64,000 nucleotides of DNA from assembly GCA_965217775.1 (NCBI GenBank), contig CBDCJH010000002.1, forward strand, positions 1,344,001 through 1,408,000, given 5' to 3'. The stretch comes from Acidobacteriota bacterium (lineage in GTDB: Bacteria > Acidobacteriota > UBA6911 > RPQK01 > JAJDTT01). How positions within the stretch are numbered: the stretch's first letter is position 1; each line of letters begins with the position of its first letter. Positions 1 through 7,744 of this stretch are shown here, piece by piece. Below the pieces are notes generated by a model. It was not told the origin of the DNA. It saw nothing but the letters and a program-made list of their open reading frames with translations, and did not search any database. The position numbers were made by a program, and so were the translations under genes.

Positions 1-411
1 CGTTCGCTGGTGTTGCGGATGACGCTGTCCGGACGTGGAGAGCTGCACCGTTTCCTGCGTCAACCCGGGTCCGTCGACGACTTGGCGGATGAATTGAAAC
101 GGGCTTCGGCCAACCTGCACCCCTTCGCCTGGTGTGAGCGGATCGAAGACCGCACGGCAGGGCCGTTCGATCGGAGCGTACGCCTTCGGGGATCCGATTT
201 CGTGGCGGATCTGCTCCGTCTCTGCGACCAGTCGAAGCAGGATCCCGAGTTGCTGGGACAACTTCGAGAGAGTCTCTCCGAGCTCTTTCATCATTGGAAA
301 TACAGGCGGTACTTGAAGGACGCTATTCCGGATGATCCGGCCCTGTGCTCGCTACTGGACGAGGCCGAGTCCATGGCCTTGAACCTGCTGATCGAGGACG
401 ACGGGTCGTGA
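1..411 (+). CDS. C-terminal part of an SbcD/YhaO-like DNA repair exonuclease (5' end outside window)
   Basis: Open frame from the window edge ('LRMTLSGRGELH...'); its stop overlaps the start of a YhaN-like ATPase, the usual yhaO-yhaN arrangement. Catalytic N-terminus not visible. Confidence 0.6.
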   Translation, partial: RSLVLRMTLSGRGELHRFLRQPGSVDDLADELKRASANLHPFAWCERIEDRTAGPFDRSVRLRGSDFVADLLRLCDQSKQDPELLGQLRESLSELFHHWKYRRYLKDAIPDDPALCSLLDEAESMALNLLIEDDGS

Positions 412-3400
412 GAATACAGGGGTTCCGGATCGAAGGCTTCGGCCGATTCGCCGACCACGCCGTCGGGCCTTTCGACCATCCCGTCACACTGATCTACGGC
501 CCCAACGAGGCGGGGAAGAGCACTTACCTGGCATTTATCCGCACCATCCTCTTCGGGTTTCCCCGTCGCCTTGGAAACCAGCACTACCCGCCGCTGTCGG
601 GTGGCCGTCACGGTGGACGAATCGATCTTGTCAGCGGCGACGGCAGTCGCTACTCGGTGCATCGAATCCAAGGCCGAGGCGCCGGGCCCGTCACGACCAC
701 AGGCGCCGGTGGAGAAAATCTCGACGAGAGAGTGCTGGCCCAACTTCTGGGACACCACAGCCGCGACGTCTTCGAGAGTGTCTTCGCCTTCACGCTCGAA
801 GAACTCCACAGTGGCGACCTGCTGGGGAAATCGAGCGTGAACCGCCAGATCTACAGTGCCGGCATGGGAGTCACGAAGCTCCCCGCGGTGATGCGGACGC
901 TCCAATCGGAGAGGGAAGCTCTGTTCCGCAAAGGGGGGAGCGTCAACCGGATCGCCCGTACGGCCCGAAAATTGGGTGAAATCGAGGCGAGGCTCCGAGG
1001 CATTGCGACCAACGCCGCAGCGTACGGTCGCCTCACGACCCGTCTCCAAGAGGTCGAGGCCAGACTGGTGGCCCTGAATCAGATCCGCCGTCACGGCCAG
1101 AATCGGCTCGACCGCCGGCGCCAGCTTCAGGATGCCTGGGAAGATTGGAACGACCTGATCACCATCGAGAGGCAGTTGTCCGAACTTCCGGCGATAGACG
1201 ACTTCCCGGCCGACGGCATACGCCGGCTGGAGGCCCTGGAGGAGCGGTTGAGGGGGGCAAGGCGGGAATACGATTCCGCCCGCACCAGCGTCGAGGAGGT
1301 CAAGTCGAAGACGACCGTCCGAATTGAGCATGACGCCATCGTCGACAGAACTGACGAGGTCCGGAACCTGGGGCGCCTCCGCGGGGCGTTCGACCAGTCG
1401 GTGCGCGATCTTCCCAAGCGGCAAGCGGAACTCGAGAACTACCAGAATGATCTGGCCAAGACCCTCCGGGAATTGGGACCGGATTGGGACCAACAGCGGC
1501 TGGACCACTTCGACCTCTCGCTCGCTGTCCGCGAGGAGATATCACGGCACGAGGAACGGCTGCGGCAGGCACGGGAGGGGTTGGGGCGTAGCGAGTCGGA
1601 TTTAGAGCAGGCGCAAGCCCGACTGAACGAGGCGTCCCATTCGGTGGAAAGAGCGAAAGAGGAGTTGGAATCCGCGCCCAGGCCGAAGTATGACGCAGCC
1701 GGGATCAGGCGGCGGCGAAATCAGATTCGAATGGCCAGGGTCCAGTTGGACCGGTATGCCCGGGAGGCCCAGCGTGCTGCGGACCTGAAGCGGCAACTGG
1801 ACGGTGTCTACCAGACGGGTTCTCCAAAGGCAGCGAGCGACATGAAGTGGCTCCCCGTCCTGTGCGCGGCGTTCGGCATCGCCCTGGCCGTGGCCGGAAC
1901 CATGGCCGGCGGGACGGTCTTGGCCATGGGCATGGTCACGAGCCTGTTCCTGATCGGCTTGGCGGTCTACCTCCATGTCCGAAACCGTTCCGATTCCGGA
2001 ATGGCGGAATCGCCGATTGCAGGTCCGATCCGCCGGTCGCTCGAAGCTGCCCGGCGGCGACTCGTGACCATACGATCCGAGCTGGATGAGACTGCCGCCG
2101 AGATGGGCCTCCGGGGGATCAATGAGTCCGTCCTCACCGGCGCCGAGGAGACGTTGGATGCGGAGAGCTCACGTCTCGTACAGTGGGAACGGCTGCGGGA
2201 GGTCTTGGATCGGGGCAAGGGGTCCCTGCAAAGGCGGGCGGCCAGGAAGGACGAAAAGGCCGAGAACGTCGAGCGGGCGCTACGGCGAGTCGACGCCGCG
2301 AAGCAGGCGTGGGAGGCCTGGCTCGGAGAGCGCAGTTTGCGGACGACCTTCAACCCGGAGGCCATGGGCGAGCTTCGAGGGCAGGTCGAACTGGGACGGA
2401 ACCAATTCTCCGAGGTTCGAAACTGGCGCCAACGGATCACGGCGATTCAGGAAGATATCGATTCATACACGGCGATGGTGGCGTCGCTGGCTTCGTCCTT
2501 CGAGGTCGAATTCGATCCCGGCGATGGTCAAGCGGTCGCCGCAGCGGCCGACACGTTGATCGATCTGCATGGACGGGTGGCGCAAAGGGTGAGGGATCGA
2601 TCCAACGCGGCTGACGACCTCCGGATGGCGGAGCGGGAGTTGCAGGAGCGGTACCAGCAACTGTCCGACGCCGAGGCCGAGATGGCTGGTCTTTTGCAGT
2701 CGGGGGGCGCCACGGATGCCGAGCACTTCAGGAGACGAGCCGAACGGTTCCGCCAGCGCACCGAACTCGGCGAGCGAAAGCGCGAGGTCGGGGGTCGGCT
2801 CCAGCGAATCAGCGGTCCGGGCGAGCATCTGCAATCGCTGGAGGAGAGACTCGAGAACACGGATCTTCAGTCGATCCTCGCCTGTATCAACGAGGTGCGC
2901 GACGAACTCGCCGAAGCCGACGAAGAGATCCAGACCCTCTCCACCGAACGCGGCGGAATCCGTAACGATCTGGACCGGCTCATCGGAGAGGAAGAGTCCT
3001 CAGGATGGCGAATGGAACGTCATCTGCTCCTGGAACAGATCCGGGGTCATGCCCGGGAATGGGTGATTCGCACGCTGGTCCACCGGCTGTTGGAAACGGC
3101 CCAGAACAAGTTCGAGAGGGAACGGCAGCCTGGCGTCGTCCGTCATGCCGAACGATTCTTCGGGCGGATCACCGGGGGCCGATACCCGCAGGTGTACGCT
3201 CCCCTGGGAGAACGGACGATCATCGTCACCGACGGTACCGGTCGCCGGAAGTCGCCCCAAGAGTTGAGCCGGGGAACTCGGGAACAGTTGTTCCTGTCGT
3301 TACGTTTCGGGCTGATCCGGGAACTGGGCCAGCGGACGGAACCGTTACCCGTGGTCGTGGACGAAGTCCTGGTGAATTTCGATCCGGACCGTGCATTGCG

Positions 3401-3530
3401 GGCGGCACGCGCCTTCGTTGAGTTGTCTCGGACCAACCAGGTCCTGGTCTTTACCTGCCACCCGACGGTGGTTGAATTATTCCAAGAGGCAGCGGGAGAG
3501 ATGAGCCCGGATTTGATCCGCGTTGGGTAG
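408..3530 (+). CDS. YhaN-like AAA/SMC-type ATPase with long coiled coil and central TM hairpin
   Basis: GTG at 408 gives 'MRIQGFRIEGFGRF', Walker A 'YGPNEAGKST', signature 'LSRGTREQLFLSLR', Walker B 'VVVDEVLVNFD', H-loop 'FTCHP'. Confidence 0.9.
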   Translation: MRIQGFRIEGFGRFADHAVGPFDHPVTLIYGPNEAGKSTYLAFIRTILFGFPRRLGNQHYPPLSGGRHGGRIDLVSGDGSRYSVHRIQGRGAGPVTTTGAGGENLDERVLAQLLGHHSRDVFESVFAFTLEELHSGDLLGKSSVNRQIYSAGMGVTKLPAVMRTLQSEREALFRKGGSVNRIARTARKLGEIEARLRGIATNAAAYGRLTTRLQEVEARLVALNQIRRHGQNRLDRRRQLQDAWEDWNDLITIERQLSELPAIDDFPADGIRRLEALEERLRGARREYDSARTSVEEVKSKTTVRIEHDAIVDRTDEVRNLGRLRGAFDQSVRDLPKRQAELENYQNDLAKTLRELGPDWDQQRLDHFDLSLAVREEISRHEERLRQAREGLGRSESDLEQAQARLNEASHSVERAKEELESAPRPKYDAAGIRRRRNQIRMARVQLDRYAREAQRAADLKRQLDGVYQTGSPKAASDMKWLPVLCAAFGIALAVAGTMAGGTVLAMGMVTSLFLIGLAVYLHVRNRSDSGMAESPIAGPIRRSLEAARRRLVTIRSELDETAAEMGLRGINESVLTGAEETLDAESSRLVQWERLREVLDRGKGSLQRRAARKDEKAENVERALRRVDAAKQAWEAWLGERSLRTTFNPEAMGELRGQVELGRNQFSEVRNWRQRITAIQEDIDSYTAMVASLASSFEVEFDPGDGQAVAAAADTLIDLHGRVAQRVRDRSNAADDLRMAERELQERYQQLSDAEAEMAGLLQSGGATDAEHFRRRAERFRQRTELGERKREVGGRLQRISGPGEHLQSLEERLENTDLQSILACINEVRDELAEADEEIQTLSTERGGIRNDLDRLIGEEESSGWRMERHLLLEQIRGHAREWVIRTLVHRLLETAQNKFERERQPGVVRHAERFFGRITGGRYPQVYAPLGERTIIVTDGTGRRKSPQELSRGTREQLFLSLRFGLIRELGQRTEPLPVVVDEVLVNFDPDRALRAARAFVELSRTNQVLVFTCHPTVVELFQEAAGEMSPDLIRVG

Positions 3531-3606
3531 ATTCCGGTCAAGTTTCCACGAAGGTCGGACAGGACCAGGTTCGGCAATCAGTGGAGGGTACTGGAACAGC
3601 GGTGAA

Positions 3607-3692
3607 CGTAGGGGCACCCCTTGTGGGTGCCCGCTGTCGCTCCTTGCTGATCGGCCCGGGCAGGGCGACCACACACAAGGGTCGCCCCTACG
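3607..3692. repeat. Inverted doublet of REP-like hairpins
   Basis: CGTAGGGGCACCCCTTGTGGGTGCCCG (3607-3633) and inverted AGGGCGACCACACACAAGGGTCGCCCCTACG (3662-3692); GTAG foot plus hairpin, also seen near 30160-30230, 38323 and 47690-47717. Confidence 0.8.
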
Positions 3693-3701
3693 CTCATTCC
3701 T

Positions 3702-3920
3702 GTGAAAACCGTGAAAACCGGGTTGACATTGGGTGTCCGCAACTTGTTCAATGTTGTTCCCGACGAGAACACAGTTGGACAGTCGCGGAGTGGGCGACTC
3801 GAAGATTCCGCTGGCAATTTGATCATCGACTCGCCGGGCATCTTCGTCTTCTCGCGCCGGTCTGCCCCGTTCGGCTTCAACGGTGGATTTCTCTACGCTC
3901 GCTACAGTGTTCGGTGGTAA
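3702..3920 (+). pseudogene. Orphan C-terminal fragment of a TonB-dependent receptor
   Basis: 'LTLGVRNLFNVVPD...APFGFNGGFLYARYSVRW*' resembles the last barrel strands of a TBDR with terminal aromatic residue; no upstream barrel coding sequence. Confidence 0.7.
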
Positions 3921-3958
3921 CCAATTGCAAATGTGAACGTGGAACGGAGTTGAAGCAG

Positions 3959-4792
3959 ATGAAGAAGAAGATCGCATCTCTCGCCATTTTGGTGTTCGGA
4001 TTTCAGGGCATGGCAGCAGCCCAGGATTCCATCTATTCGGCATCCGGAGATCTCGTCTTCGCCAGCAAGTACATCTGGCGCGGGCTGCGAGCGACCAATG
4101 ACTGGAGCCTGCAGCCGGCGATGACCCTGGGAATCGGCGGCTTCTCCGCCAATGTCTGGGGGACGATGGACCTGACCGCCGTAAACCCGGGCGATGCCTT
4201 GCCGATCCAGCCTGGTGACGGGCTCAAGGGGAAGTTTTCCGAAGTCAATTACGTCTTTTCCTACGATCACTCTTTTGAAGGCGCCACGGTCAGCGCGGGC
4301 ACCATTATCTATGTCTTTCCCGAACGGTCGGCTTCGCTGCCTGGGACCACCGAGATCTACGGAGGAGTGAGCCTGGATTCGGTGCCTCTGGCTCCTTCGT
4401 TTACTCTCCATGTGGATATGGACGAGAGCCAAGCCGGCGGTGGAAGCGCCGGACTGTACTTTCTTATCGCAGCCGGACACAGTTTCCCGCTCCAGCACGA
4501 CGTCCTGACCAGTTTCGACTTGTCCGCAACCGTGTCGCTCGTAAACGCCGGGTACACTGATTTCTTTTATAGTGTGAGTTCCGGCGGTTTCCATGACGCC
4601 AATATCACGGCGACCCTTCCCTTCACCATCAACGACAACTGGTCCGCCGGGGTTTTCGTCACCTATAGCGGCCTCATCGGCCAAGCGATTCGAGACAGCC
4701 AGTTGCAGGACCCGCGGCAACCAGCGAAACCTAGCGGCGCCTATCTGGCAGATACGCTCTGGGGTGGTTTCAGCCTGAGCGTCTCGTTCTAG
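3959..4792 (+). CDS. Outer-membrane beta-barrel protein (TIGR02001/Gcw_chp-like putative porin)
   Basis: Signal peptide MKKKIASLAILVFGFQGMAAA, motif 'SKYIWRGL...SLQP', terminal Phe 'GFSLSVSF'; GGAG RBS upstream. Confidence 0.75.
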   Translation: MKKKIASLAILVFGFQGMAAAQDSIYSASGDLVFASKYIWRGLRATNDWSLQPAMTLGIGGFSANVWGTMDLTAVNPGDALPIQPGDGLKGKFSEVNYVFSYDHSFEGATVSAGTIIYVFPERSASLPGTTEIYGGVSLDSVPLAPSFTLHVDMDESQAGGGSAGLYFLIAAGHSFPLQHDVLTSFDLSATVSLVNAGYTDFFYSVSSGGFHDANITATLPFTINDNWSAGVFVTYSGLIGQAIRDSQLQDPRQPAKPSGAYLADTLWGGFSLSVSF

Positions 4793-4822
4793 TCGTTGGG
4801 CGCTGAACCGAATCGTATTGCG

Positions 4823-5010
4823 ATGCAGTTACCAAGGGTTGTGTTGCGCGCCGTCAGCGGCGTTCTGGCGGCCGTGGTTCTCATCGGCATGGTGGCCGGG
4901 GCCGGGGCGCAGCCACGCCAGTCCCGCTGGTACGTGGGCGGAGGGGCCGGGGTGAACTGGCCGTCCAGGATGGAGCAGGAGGGCCACAATCTGGATACCA
5001 CCTGCTATCC
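4823..5010 (+). pseudogene. 5' half of an outer-membrane beta-barrel gene interrupted by the integrated element
   Basis: Signal peptide then 'WYVGGGAGVNW...HNLDTTCYP'; continues in frame at 14743 when the att repeats are joined. Confidence 0.85.
4999..5010 (+). repeat. attL core (12-bp direct repeat CACCTGCTATCC)
   Basis: Identical to 14731-14742; lies within GGATA-N8-TATCC (4993-5010). Confidence 0.9.
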
Positions 5011-5116
5011 CGATCAGCCGCTCCTGATAATTGACCATTATGGGGGATAGCTTGGGGATTATCAAATTCTCCCCGGCCGCGGTGGATGGGGAACATGTCG
5101 AAGGGAGGACTAGAAG

Positions 5117-5542
5117 ATGAGTTGCAAAGGACGATGTTTGGTCAGAACGAAGAACCCACGAACGGCGGAGGAGTTGATAAATTTGAGGCTCGATGGCCTT
5201 TGGGTCCGAGAGTTTCTGTGGCCGATGCCAAAGGACGGCGGCAGCGCCCACATCTGCCGGTCCTGTTACAAAAAGGCAGAGGTCATGCCGCAAGACGACG
5301 ACGCCAGACGGTTACGCGAGAGAAGGCGCGCCGCAGGCGACGGTCGGCACTCTACTGGTGACAACCGGATCATCGACTTGGTATTGGGGATCTCCATGCG
5401 ACTGGAGATCTGCCGTATACCGGGTTTCGACTTCATTTACTTCTGTGAGTGGTGCGAAACTCAAGAACTTGGTCTGATCGCTGACACAGAGGCTCTGGAG
5501 CGGCTGCCGGAAGATTGCCACTTCAAGAGCATCTCCGACTGA
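5117..5542 (+). CDS. Cys-rich hypothetical protein (possible zinc-binding)
   Basis: Strong RBS AAGGGAGGA; CxxxC, CxxC (CRSC, CEWC) pairs. Confidence 0.6.
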   Translation: MSCKGRCLVRTKNPRTAEELINLRLDGLWVREFLWPMPKDGGSAHICRSCYKKAEVMPQDDDARRLRERRRAAGDGRHSTGDNRIIDLVLGISMRLEICRIPGFDFIYFCEWCETQELGLIADTEALERLPEDCHFKSISD

Positions 5543-6191
5543 CGCCTGCGGTGAACTAGCCCCTGTCACCGGAAAATGGTAAGGTGAGGGCCGAGTCGGA
5601 CAGGGTGCTACCACACTGGGACTTTCAAGCTAACCCCTTGCACCCTGTCCGTGTTCCATCTTCTGTCAGGGGTTCCAGATAGAATTCCCGGCAGCTTGAA
5701 AGTTCTATCTCGGGACATTTCCAACATCCTGGATAACAGCCTCAAGCCGCGTTCGTTTGCTGTGGTCCATGCGCGGGCCGGACGCTCGATCAAGGCGATC
5801 TCCAACAGCGGGATCGACGGCGTGACACGGGACCTTCAAATCACGCGCGGCAACCCCCACGCAACGGGTAAACAGGCTCGTGCCTGCCTCGAAGCTGGGT
5901 CCAGGGCCGGAGGGGTGGTGGGTACAGTGGCCACCATGGAAATGTGCTGGACTACCGCAAGCAGGCAACTCCTGAACTAGCGGGCTCAAGATCTAACAGG
6001 GAAGTCAGACGGGGAACGGTTCACGCCTCGCGCGTAGGATCTGAAGACCCCTCTGATTTTTCCGATCCGCCGTAGGCGGGGGAGGAGAAAGCAGACGGGG
6101 TTCCCTAATTGCAGTACCCAATCTTTCCCCCGGTATGGTCCTGGGGTTAGTCAAGGGAGAAGGTGTGGTCAGAGGAAAAGGAGATTGAGTC

Positions 6192-6398
6192 ATGGCTGAA
6201 ACACTGTCCACTGAATTGGAAACCCTCCTCAGGCAAGAACGCATGATTCGTGAGTTCGTGCTGTCCCTTGATGGCAGTGACTCATTCACCCGTGAGATTC
6301 GTGATTTGGCGGAGGGACACCGCGTGGAGCAACTGAAGTCAATCCGGGACAATATCGAGAAGCAGGCCCAACCTGTGGTGAAGGGTCCATGCAAATAG
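6192..6398 (+). CDS. Small helical hypothetical protein
   Basis: RBS AAGGAG upstream of ATG; 68 aa with amphipathic helical composition. Confidence 0.6.
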   Translation: MAETLSTELETLLRQERMIREFVLSLDGSDSFTREIRDLAEGHRVEQLKSIRDNIEKQAQPVVKGPCK

Positions 6399-6426
6399 GC
6401 ACCAGCCTAATTGCAGGGTGTAGAAC

Positions 6427-6750
6427 ATGACGTGGCGAAAGGAGTCCGACATTGTGGACAACTGCCGACGCTGTGACGCCACCCTAAGCGATGGCTGCCT
6501 CCCTTCTCCTTGCGGCAAGCTGGAAGGCGGCTCTCAGGATTCCGGGGCCACATTGTGCCCCACGTGCCGAATGCTCTACTTCAGGGAGGCGGGAAAGCGA
6601 TCCGGCAGGATACGGCGACGGTGGCGGGAGGATCGGGATATCGGGATCGCCCACTTCAAGAAGGAGGGGATGACGAATAAACGGATTGCCGAGATTTCCG
6701 AGTGTTCCGAGCGCACTGTCTACTACGCCCTCAAGCGTCTTAACATCTGA
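6427..6750 (+). CDS. Zn-ribbon plus helix-turn-helix DNA-binding protein
   Basis: CRRC...CPTC, then 'GKRSGRIRR...GMTNKRIAEISECSERTVYYALKR' (HTH pattern). Confidence 0.7.
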   Translation: MTWRKESDIVDNCRRCDATLSDGCLPSPCGKLEGGSQDSGATLCPTCRMLYFREAGKRSGRIRRRWREDRDIGIAHFKKEGMTNKRIAEISECSERTVYYALKRLNI

Positions 6751-6940
6751 TCCTGCTACAATGAACCCCGCTTGAATCCAGAGCAACCAGGTCTCCATAA
6801 CATGACCTTGGAGGCCAACCAGGGCCGGGTCCATAGCTATGCTGCGACCAGGCTCGGCCCTGATCCTTCCCTCCTTCCTTCCCATCCTAAAAAGAAGTAC
6901 CGTCACCGGTCTTTTTACTAACTTCCAAGTGTGTTGATCT

Positions 6941-7240
6941 TTGATCGAGGGATTCTGCACACTCGAAATCGTGAGGACTTCAATCGTCAAGCGATGGGGA
7001 CCACGGACCACGACGCCTTCCTACTGGGGGTCTGTGTTGAGACCGGAATGGATCGCGTCCATGCGAAGGCACCGTCTCCACGAGCAGACCCGGCGGATTG
7101 CCTTGCCCTTCCTGGACCGAAACCAACCCGGTGCGCCTCGTAGTCTGATGTCCACGGAAGAGGCGTGGCTGCGGCTCAAGACTGCCGACCAGCTCATCCG
7201 CAAAGGCATCACCGAGTCCAGCAATGGAGAGGCCCGATGA
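6941..7240 (+). CDS. Hypothetical protein (start uncertain)
   Basis: Its stop overlaps the next start as ATGA (7237-7240), suggesting translational coupling. Confidence 0.45.
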   Translation: MIEGFCTLEIVRTSIVKRWGPRTTTPSYWGSVLRPEWIASMRRHRLHEQTRRIALPFLDRNQPGAPRSLMSTEEAWLRLKTADQLIRKGITESSNGEAR

Positions 7241-7623
7241 GCGTCCGGATCGGGATGGTCAATGAGAAGGAGGTCTTGTCCTCCATCGACCGGGTCATGC
7301 CCCGCGTTGAGACGGAGCTGACCACGGCCTTGGACGACGGCTTAGTATCAGCATTGCATCACTCTGAGCGCCGTGTGCCGGAGCGCACTGGTGATCTCAA
7401 GAGCACGGGCCGAGTGACCAAAACAGAGAAGGTAGGTGGCACTATCCTACGTGCTGAGATCGGCTATGGCGGCAAGGCGGCATCGGGACGGCAGGTTAAC
7501 TACGCCATCGAGCAGCATGAGAGCGTTCACAGTTCCGGAAGGAAGTACCTGCAAACCGCTATGGAACGTGCGGATCTTCCCGGTCGACTCGACAAGGCGA
7601 TGGCGAAGGCGCTGGGACTATGA
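7237..7623 (+). CDS. HK97 gp10-like neck/tail-completion protein
   Basis: 'RVPERTGDLKST...NYAIEQHE...GRKYLQTAME' follows the gp10 family pattern (PVxTGxL...YA..xE...xxL.PA); GGAGAGG RBS. Confidence 0.7.
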   Translation: MSVRIGMVNEKEVLSSIDRVMPRVETELTTALDDGLVSALHHSERRVPERTGDLKSTGRVTKTEKVGGTILRAEIGYGGKAASGRQVNYAIEQHESVHSSGRKYLQTAMERADLPGRLDKAMAKALGL

Positions 7624-7744
7624 CGGCGGCACCGGGGCACATAGTCACCTTGGGGACCCCTGTCCGGCTCGATCCGGCCCAGCCGGGCGGCGGGGTGGGG
7701 GTCAGCATCGAGTGCATGGAAAACGTTTTTACGGAGAGCCTGAA

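Noticed and set aside
3915-3929. Possible sigma-54 promoter TGGTAACCAATTGCA
   Set aside because: GG-to-GC spacing is 9 nt instead of the required 10.
7436-7744. Longer terL N-terminus from the ORF track
   Set aside because: Overlaps the gp10-like gene out of frame and looks non-protein-like; GTG 7745 has an RBS.
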